Shown one piece after another: positions 57,829 to 64,000 of a stretch of 64,000 nt of DNA; positions within the stretch are counted from its first letter, which is position 1, and each line of letters opens with the position of its first letter. Both the position numbers and the translations under genes were made by a program. Under the pieces are notes generated by a model. The model searched no databases. It was not told the DNA's origin and worked only from the letters and a program-made list of their open reading frames with translations. This DNA is from Bacteroidia bacterium (GTDB lineage: Bacteria; Bacteroidota; Bacteroidia; B-17B0; Aurantibacillaceae): assembly GCA_026003255.1 (NCBI GenBank), contig BPGX01000008.1:5266-69265 (forward strand), read 5' to 3'.

Positions 57829-58494
57829 TTATTTAATCCATCCAAAATAGAATGCTAATGGCATGAGTGCAAATAATAATGGAATAATAATAGAATAAAT
57901 AATCCCAATTTTTTTGATAATAGGTGTATATTTTTTATGGTTTAATCCTAATGTTTGAAATGCAGATTGAAAGCCATGCATCAAATGGTACGATAAGGAA
58001 ATCATTGCTAAAACATAGATAACAACAGGTATTGGATTACTAAACACTTCTTTCATCTCATCATACAAAGTTTCTTCGCCGCTACTGATGTGGTCAGTGA
58101 AACGACTTACTACCCAGAAATGTTTAAGATGTATAATTAAAAATATCAAAATCAATGTTCCCAATAATCCCATAGAACGACTATACCATTTTGAGTTAGC
58201 ATTAGCATTCGACACAGCATAGCCAATTTTTCTTGCACGTTTATTTTCAAGAGTTAAAATTAAAGATTGCATAATATGCGCAATAAAACCTGCAAACAAC
58301 ACAATCTCCAAAGTTCGCATTACCCAATTGTGCGACATAAATTCTGCTGCAGCATTAAAAGTTTCACCTCCATCATTCAAAAAAATAAGAAAATTTATTC
58401 CACAATGCACAATTAGGAAAGTAATTAAAAACATTCCTGTAATGCCCATGATAAGCTTTTTACCAATTGAGTAACTGAACATTCCTTTTGCCAT
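57829..58494 (-). CDS. sdhC: succinate dehydrogenase/fumarate reductase cytochrome b subunit (b558 type)
   Basis: 221 aa with 5 TM helices and conserved His residues (IVHCGINF, IAHIMQS, IIHLKHF, YHLMHGF). It sits upstream of sdhA/sdhB. Confidence 0.85.
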   Translation of the reverse strand: MAKGMFSYSIGKKLIMGITGMFLITFLIVHCGINFLIFLNDGGETFNAAAEFMSHNWVMRTLEIVLFAGFIAHIMQSLILTLENKRARKIGYAVSNANANSKWYSRSMGLLGTLILIFLIIHLKHFWVVSRFTDHISSGEETLYDEMKEVFSNPIPVVIYVLAMISLSYHLMHGFQSAFQTLGLNHKKYTPIIKKIGIIYSIIIPLLFALMPLAFYFGWIK

Positions 58495-58752
58495 AACTAT
58501 TATTTTATTTCGGGGCGTAAATGTACAAACAATTTTAGTTTACAAAGTACTTAATTTGTATTAAAGTTAATTGAATCTAAAAAACAAAGATCTTATGTGC
58601 CTATGCAATAATTAGATAGTTTTTTTTATTTAGATTGATTTTAATTTATCCTGTTATTTAGATTTACATTTTATTCATGCATTCATGGCTATCTTAAAAA
58701 AAATTATATTTCTCCTATAAAACTTTTTTTGAATAAACCTAAAAACAATAGA

Positions 58753-58790
58753 ACACAGATGCCGCAGATTGATACAGATTTCCACAGATT
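58753..58790 (+). repeat. four-unit array with exact 10-bp phasing, ACACAGAT / CGCAGATT / TACAGATT / CACAGATT
   Basis: Units end at 58760, 58770, 58780 and 58790. The proximal 10-mer CACAGATTAT is identical to the proximal unit of the 17823..17860 array on the gene-sense strand. Confidence 0.7.
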
Positions 58791-58839
58791 ATTCTTTCAA
58801 GATTTTTATTCGTTGGTGTGTTATTTGAAAAATTTCCTG

Positions 58840-58847
58840 TACATTTG
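58840..58847 (+). promoter_or_regulatory. Bacteroidetes -7 box TACATTTG
   Basis: Matches TAnnTTTG, 19 bp upstream of the ATG at 58867. Confidence 0.4.
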
Positions 58848-58866
58848 AACGCAAATTATTGAAAAT

Positions 58867-59088
58867 ATGTCTTCTGCTCAAACCTTTAAAAAAGAAAATT
58901 ATCGTTTATTTTTATTAGGCGTAGCGTTGGTTACAATAGGTTATATTTTAATGATTGGTGGTGGAAGCGATGACCCTAATGTTTTTAATCCTGAAATTTT
59001 TAGCTTTAGAAGAATTGTGTTATCACCTGTTATAATTGTAGTGGGCTTTTTGGTTATTACTTATGGTATTATGAGAAAGTCAAAATAA
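58867..59088 (+). CDS. DUF3098-like small two-TM membrane protein
   Basis: 73 aa with two hydrophobic helices ([18 protein letters not shown] and [16 protein letters not shown]). It lies immediately upstream of uppP, as commonly seen in Bacteroidota. Confidence 0.6.
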   Translation: MSSAQTFKKENYRLFLLGVALVTIGYILMIGGGSDDPNVFNPEIFSFRRIVLSPVIIVVGFLVITYGIMRKSK

Positions 59089-59111
59089 CTTGTTTTTTTG
59101 TACTCACGCGC

Positions 59112-59921
59112 ATGAACTGGTTAGATGCAATCATTTTAGGTATTGTAGAAGGAGTTACGGAATTTTTACCCATATCTTCTACAGGACATTTGATAATATG
59201 CACCGCACTATTAGGTATACCTCCTGATGATTTTGTTAAACTTTTTACCGTGGCTATACAATTAGGAGCAATCCTATCCGTTATTGTTTTGTATTTTAAG
59301 AAATTCTTTAATTTTTCATCTAAACCACATTTAATATCTTTTTATCTTAAACTTTTCATTGCTTTTTTACCATCAGCAATAATAGGTGTATTATTGAATG
59401 ATTTAATTGATAAGGCACTGGAAAGCCCAGTAACAGTAGCGGTTTTTTTAGTATTAGGCGGTGTGTTTTTCGTTTATTCCGATAAATTCTTTCTAAATAA
59501 TAGAAAAAACGAACAGCAAATTACATATAAAAATGCATTTGTAATCGGCTTATTTCAATGTATTGCTATGTTTCCCGGTGTAAGCAGAAGTGGCGCAACG
59601 ATTATTGGTGGATTATTCCAGAAACTTACCAAAAAAGCAGCAGCCGAATTCTCGTTTTTCTTAGCCGTACCGACAATGTTTGGTGCCACAGCCAAAAAAC
59701 TTTTTGATTTTTATAAAACAAATCCATCACTTTCAAATCACGAAATAAAATTACTCTTAGTCGGAAATATCGTTGCTTTCATCGTCGCAATCCTTGCTAT
59801 CAAATTTTTTATAAACTTATTACAAAAAACCGGATTTGCAGCTTATGGCTGGTACAGGATAATTGTTGGAACCATCATTCTTATTCTCTATTTTTCAGGT
59901 ATTTCACTTCAAGTTTTGTAA
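59112..59921 (+). CDS. uppP: undecaprenyl-diphosphate phosphatase
   Basis: 269 aa. It has the BacA motifs [18 protein letters not shown] and [10 protein letters not shown]. Confidence 0.9.
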   Translation: MNWLDAIILGIVEGVTEFLPISSTGHLIICTALLGIPPDDFVKLFTVAIQLGAILSVIVLYFKKFFNFSSKPHLISFYLKLFIAFLPSAIIGVLLNDLIDKALESPVTVAVFLVLGGVFFVYSDKFFLNNRKNEQQITYKNAFVIGLFQCIAMFPGVSRSGATIIGGLFQKLTKKAAAEFSFFLAVPTMFGATAKKLFDFYKTNPSLSNHEIKLLLVGNIVAFIVAILAIKFFINLLQKTGFAAYGWYRIIVGTIILILYFSGISLQVL

Positions 59922-59934
59922 AAAAATACACTAA

Positions 59935-60636
59935 ATGTTCAACTTTATAGAAGGTGAAATATTACTGATTGATAAAGAACTGAATTGGTCATCTTTCGAT
60001 GTTGTAAATTATCTGAAGCCAGCTATTCACGATTTTACGAAAAAACATTTTAATCAAAAGACAAAAATAAAAATCGGTCATGCCGGCACTTTAGACCCAT
60101 TAGCAACAGGGCTGTTAATAATTTGTACCGGTAAAAAAACGAAAATTATTCAGGAAATTCAAAATCTTCGCAAAACATATACCGGTGCATTCTTCATTGG
60201 TGCCACCACTCCTTCATTTGATAAAGAATTACCTATTGATAATACTTTTCCAACTAAACATATTAATGAACAACTAATTCTTAAAACAGCAAAATCTTTT
60301 ATTGGCGAACAGTTACAGATACCACCCGAGTATAGCGCTGTAAACATTGCTGGCAAACGAGCGTATGAATTAGCCCGATTAAACCAACCAGTGGAAATAG
60401 CACCAAAACCTATTACAATATATCGTTTTGATATTACTAAAATTGAAGGACAACTTGTATACTTTGAAATTGAGTGTAGCAAAGGCACTTACATTCGTTC
60501 GATTGCAAGAGATTTTGGAAAAGCATTAAATAGTGGTGCTTATCTTGATAATCTAAGAAGAACCAAAATCGGCGATTACACAATTGAAAATGCCATTAAA
60601 ATAAAACAGTTTGTTCATCTGCTCAAAAACATTTAA
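59935..60636 (+). CDS. truB: tRNA pseudouridine(55) synthase
   Basis: 233 aa. The catalytic-Asp motif GHAGTLDPLATGLL and the GTYIRS motif are present. Confidence 0.9.
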   Translation: MFNFIEGEILLIDKELNWSSFDVVNYLKPAIHDFTKKHFNQKTKIKIGHAGTLDPLATGLLIICTGKKTKIIQEIQNLRKTYTGAFFIGATTPSFDKELPIDNTFPTKHINEQLILKTAKSFIGEQLQIPPEYSAVNIAGKRAYELARLNQPVEIAPKPITIYRFDITKIEGQLVYFEIECSKGTYIRSIARDFGKALNSGAYLDNLRRTKIGDYTIENAIKIKQFVHLLKNI

Positions 60637-60637
60637 T

Positions 60638-61151
60638 CTATATTCGTTCCATTTTTTTCAGCAATTCCCAACATACTATTCCTCCACAAACCGCTACATT
60701 CAGTGAATGCTTGGTGCCCATTTGAGGTATTTCAACAATAACATCACTACTATTCAATATCTCCTCTGTAATTCCAGTTATCTCATTTCCAAAAATGATT
60801 CCAATCTTTTCTTTTAATTGAATCTGAATATTTTGTAGTAATTCACTTTTCTCATTTTGTTCTACTGCCAACACTTTGTAGTTATTTTTCTTTAAGTAAT
60901 CAATTGCTTCTCTTGTTGTATCAAAATATCTCCAATCTACTGATAATGTCGCTCCTAATGCTGTTTTTTTCAATTTCCCGATGCGGTGGCTTCCCAGTTA
61001 TTCCACACAAATAAATTCCTTCTAACAGAAAACTATCCGCCGTCCTAAAAAATGACCCAACATTATTCAAACTCCGAATATTATCTAAAACAATAATTAT
61101 CGGGTTCTTCTCAGATTGCTTAAATTCCTCAATGGTCTTAAATTTCCTCAT
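60638..61151 (-). pseudogene. SpoU/TrmH-family RNA 2'-O-methyltransferase, interrupted by a homopolymer frameshift
   Basis: ORFs 60921..61151 (motif 1, LDNIRSLNNVGSFFRTADSF) and 60638..60973 (IIFGNEITGI, IPQMGTKHSLNVAVCGGI) overlap. Removing one base from the T7 run at 60964..60970 gives the continuous sequence ...GKPPHREIEKTALGATLSVDW. Confidence 0.8.
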
Positions 61152-61223
61152 AAAATCAATGTATTATTTTTTCAATTATATCTTCACTAATACATATCCA
61201 ACTCCTAACTCACCACTCATAAC

Positions 61224-63146
61224 TCACAATTCCTCTCTATACATTCCATATTCTTTAATCAAATTTATCAACTCATCTACTGCCTTTTCTTCAGGTATAT
61301 TTCTCTTTACAACAGTATGACCTTTATACAAAGAAACTTTTCCGGGACCAGTACCCACGTAGCCAAAATCCGCATCCGCCATTTCTCCCGGACCATTGAC
61401 AATACATCCCATAATTCCAATCTTTAACCCTTTCAAATGTGCTGTCTTCTCTTTAATTCTTTGAGTGGTCTCCTGCAAATCAAACAAAGTTCTTCCGCAC
61501 GAAGGACAAGCAATATATTCTGTTTTACTAATTCTTTCTCTTAATCCCTGCAACACGTCAAACATTAAACGATTTACTTGTTGTGCATTAAATCCCTCCA
61601 CTTTTTTCTCATTAGTTATCATTATTCCATTACCAAATTTCTGGGTAAATAAATAACCCGCTTTTTTAGAAATTTCCAGTATCTCCTTTTCTGAATCATT
61701 ACTACTCAATGAAAATTTGAAAATGATTGGTGAATTTTTTTTGCTGTAAAATTCTTTGAGTTGTTCTTTTAATTTACCACATTCATAAAATTCATTATTC
61801 ACTTCAACTATCCAAACAATCGGAAATCCTATATTGTCAACAACATTAATTTCATGAGATTGAATAATCACAAAGTTCAATTGTGGATGGTAATCAGAAA
61901 TTGTCTTTAAATCTGAAAATAAAATGACAGGATAATGTTGTTCTTTTTTAGATTGCTTCCACTCATAATAATCTTGTAAAATACCAATATTACCAGGCAA
62001 TTCAAATTCTATTGTTTTATCACCAATATATACATAATCAGCAGCAAAATCCGTTAAATTCCATTTATCGGATTGTACATTGTAAATGTATCCCGCACTG
62101 AATAAATGAGAAGGTTTTACTTTATCTTGAATACCGGTTTGCACAGAATGAATCACAACTGGTACATTATCTTTTCCAATATTTTTAATCTTTTCTGTAT
62201 TTTTATTAATGTTAGAAACTTGAAAATTCCGCCACTTAGGATGGTCATTGAGCAACCATTGATTGAAATTATCCAAATTTTTAGCACGAAATTCATTGTA
62301 TGGTTCAACTAATTTCTTTGCTGCAGGGATTTCTTTTTCGGGCGGTTCCGTCAATGAAACTCTCACTGTATCGCCAATTCCATCTTCTAATAAAGTCCCT
62401 ATACCAATCGCTGACTTTATTCTTCCGTCTTCACCATCTCCTGCTTCTGTAACACCCAGATGAATAGGATATAATGTGCCATTTTGAATCATTGTGCTTA
62501 CTAATAAGCGATATGCTTCTATCATAACTAATGGATTACTGGCTTTCATTGAAATGACAATATTTCTAAATCCTTCATCTTCACAAATACGAACAAATTC
62601 CATCGCACTTTCTACCATACCTTGTGGTGTATCTCCGTAGCGACTTAAAATTCTATCACTCAACGATCCATGATTTGTTCCAATTCGCATCGCTGTGCCA
62701 TACTCTTTACAAACCTTTACTAATGGCAAAAACTTTTCTCGAATGCGTTCTAATTCCGCTTGATAATCTATATCCGAATATTCTTTGAATTCAAATTTTT
62801 TCTTATCAGCATAGTTTCCGGGATTAATTCTCACTTTTTCCACAATTCTGGCTGCCAATTCAGCTGCATTAGGCGTATAATGAATATCCGCACAAAGTGG
62901 AATGGCATATCCCCTCTTTTTCAATTCCTTCTTAATATTCAAAAGGTTTTCGGCATCTTTTAAGCTCGGTGCTGTAATCCGAATCATTTCACACCCTACT
63001 TGAATTAAACGAATACACTCCTCCACAACCGCCTCCGTATTTAATGTATCCGCGGTTGTCATACTTTGCACCCGGATAGGATGTATCCCACCCATTTTCA
63101 AATCCCCGATATTAACTTCATTAGTATTTAACTTAACATAATTCAT
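61224..63146 (-). CDS. ispG: 4-hydroxy-3-methylbut-2-enyl diphosphate synthase, long form with inserted domain
   Basis: 640 aa. It has an N-terminal TIM-barrel region (IRVQSMTTADT, IRITAP), a large central insertion, and a C-terminal 4Fe-4S region (CPSCGRT...GCIVNGPGE). Confidence 0.85.
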   Translation of the reverse strand: MNYVKLNTNEVNIGDLKMGGIHPIRVQSMTTADTLNTEAVVEECIRLIQVGCEMIRITAPSLKDAENLLNIKKELKKRGYAIPLCADIHYTPNAAELAARIVEKVRINPGNYADKKKFEFKEYSDIDYQAELERIREKFLPLVKVCKEYGTAMRIGTNHGSLSDRILSRYGDTPQGMVESAMEFVRICEDEGFRNIVISMKASNPLVMIEAYRLLVSTMIQNGTLYPIHLGVTEAGDGEDGRIKSAIGIGTLLEDGIGDTVRVSLTEPPEKEIPAAKKLVEPYNEFRAKNLDNFNQWLLNDHPKWRNFQVSNINKNTEKIKNIGKDNVPVVIHSVQTGIQDKVKPSHLFSAGYIYNVQSDKWNLTDFAADYVYIGDKTIEFELPGNIGILQDYYEWKQSKKEQHYPVILFSDLKTISDYHPQLNFVIIQSHEINVVDNIGFPIVWIVEVNNEFYECGKLKEQLKEFYSKKNSPIIFKFSLSSNDSEKEILEISKKAGYLFTQKFGNGIMITNEKKVEGFNAQQVNRLMFDVLQGLRERISKTEYIACPSCGRTLFDLQETTQRIKEKTAHLKGLKIGIMGCIVNGPGEMADADFGYVGTGPGKVSLYKGHTVVKRNIPEEKAVDELINLIKEYGMYREEL

Positions 63147-63162
63147 TGAGAAAAATTTTGTG

Positions 63163-63170
63163 CAAAACTA
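63163..63170 (-). promoter_or_regulatory. Bacteroidetes -7 box (TAGTTTTG on the minus strand)
   Basis: Matches TAnnTTTG, 16 bp upstream of the ispG start. Confidence 0.35.
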
Positions 63171-63274
63171 AACAAGATTGATTAAACAAATGAAAACTAT
63201 CTTTAATCGCTGGATTCATTTAGTACTAATTTACTATTCTCAAAAAAATTTCTTTTAATCAAAATAAATTACAT

Positions 63275-63282
63275 ATATTTGC
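63275..63282 (+). promoter_or_regulatory. Bacteroidetes -7 box TATATTTG
   Basis: Matches TAnnTTTG, 29 bp upstream of the ATG at 63312. Confidence 0.35.
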
Positions 63283-63311
63283 AACCATCATAAACCTAAA
63301 AAACAAAAAAC

Positions 63312-64000
63312 TATGAGAAAACTATTACTATCAGTAGGCGCTGTTGTAGCAGCCATGAGCATTAATGCTCAAGCACCTTATGCAATACCTAATGCAGGGT
63401 TTGAAACATGGACAGACAACTACACCGCTGCCAGCTGGGCGGGCTATAACAATGTAGCTGCTCTTTATGGTATACCAAGCGGCATGCTTTACACGTTTCA
63501 AAAAGACATGACAAACAAAAACTCTGGTACAGCATCTATTAAAATTCAGAATGTTAATAATACTACTTTTGGTGCTGACTTTGAAGGAATTGCCTGGCTT
63601 GGAACTGCAGGAACCTCTACAGCTAACGCAGGTATCTATGGAATTCCCTTTTCTCAAAATTTAAATGCTTTTGGTGGATATTTCAGATATGCCATTACTG
63701 CTCCAGGCGGTAAGGATACTGCTATTATTATTTGCCAAACAACTAAATGGAATGGTTCTAGTACTGACCTTATTGATGATGCCTCTATCATTGTTTCAAA
63801 TAACACCTCTGGTTTTCAAAATTTTACCCAACCTGCTATGAACGTTACGCCTGGCGTCCCTGATACATTATGGATTGTTGCATTTTCTTCCTTTTGGCCT
63901 ACAGCCGATAGTATCACTGCTGCATCCTCTGGATATACTTCAATCCTCAATATGGATGATTTAACACTTACTGTTGTTACAGGAGTAACAGCACCTGTTC
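63312..64000 (+). CDS. secreted protein, 5' partial view (runs off the window end); function unknown
   Basis: It is absent from the ORF track because no stop occurs in the window. My translation is MRKLLLSVGAVVAAMSINAQAPYAIPNAGFETWTD... with a clear signal peptide, and the frame is open for 229 codons to 64000. This displaces the antisense ORF 63331..63657. Confidence 0.6.

Noticed and set aside
63331-63657. 108-aa minus-strand ORF
   Set aside because: The opposite strand carries an ORF with a -7 box, ATG and signal peptide that stays open to the window end (63312..64000). The minus-strand product is Cys/Ser-rich with no features.

Overview
Visibly AT-rich chromosomal segment of Bacteroidota type. 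Supporting markers are a T9SS PorP/SprF protein, T9SS C-terminal sorting domains, a DUF2723 giant membrane protein, a Bacteroidetes-type sdhCAB operon, long-form IspG, and recurrent TAnnTTTG -7 promoter boxes. There are about 60 genes, mostly housekeeping or envelope-related: a surface-polysaccharide cluster (1.8-9.3 kb), mutY/radC, mtaB/nifU, an Rrf2-RIC stress operon, htrA, mntH, recR, rfbB, kbl, queE, sdhCAB, uppP, truB and ispG, plus one tRNA (anticodon CAT). I found no rRNA, CRISPR array, prophage, integrase island or recognisable multi-gene defence system, and I cannot honestly point to a novel multi-gene system here. The unusual content is as follows. (1) Two apparently identical copies of a 1.6-kb IS1634-like element; the complete copy is flanked by a perfect 508-bp direct repeat that duplicates the 3' end of kbl. 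(2) An IS200/IS605-type Y1 (RAYT-like) transposase gene followed by a 69-bp tandem array of REP-like hairpins. (3) Three well-supported frameshifts and one possible frameshift, all at homopolymer runs (MMPL/RND exporter, TrmH methyltransferase, a small nucleotidyltransferase, possibly a membrane protein). These mean either homopolymer sequencing error or ongoing gene decay. (4) An orphan MNT-type nucleotidyltransferase gene wedged between sdhC and sdhA. (5) Exactly 10-bp-phased CAGATT arrays at equivalent positions upstream of two promoters, plus a composite CATAG/CTATG inverted array. All calls come from reading the sequence and the supplied ORF translations; no database search was possible.
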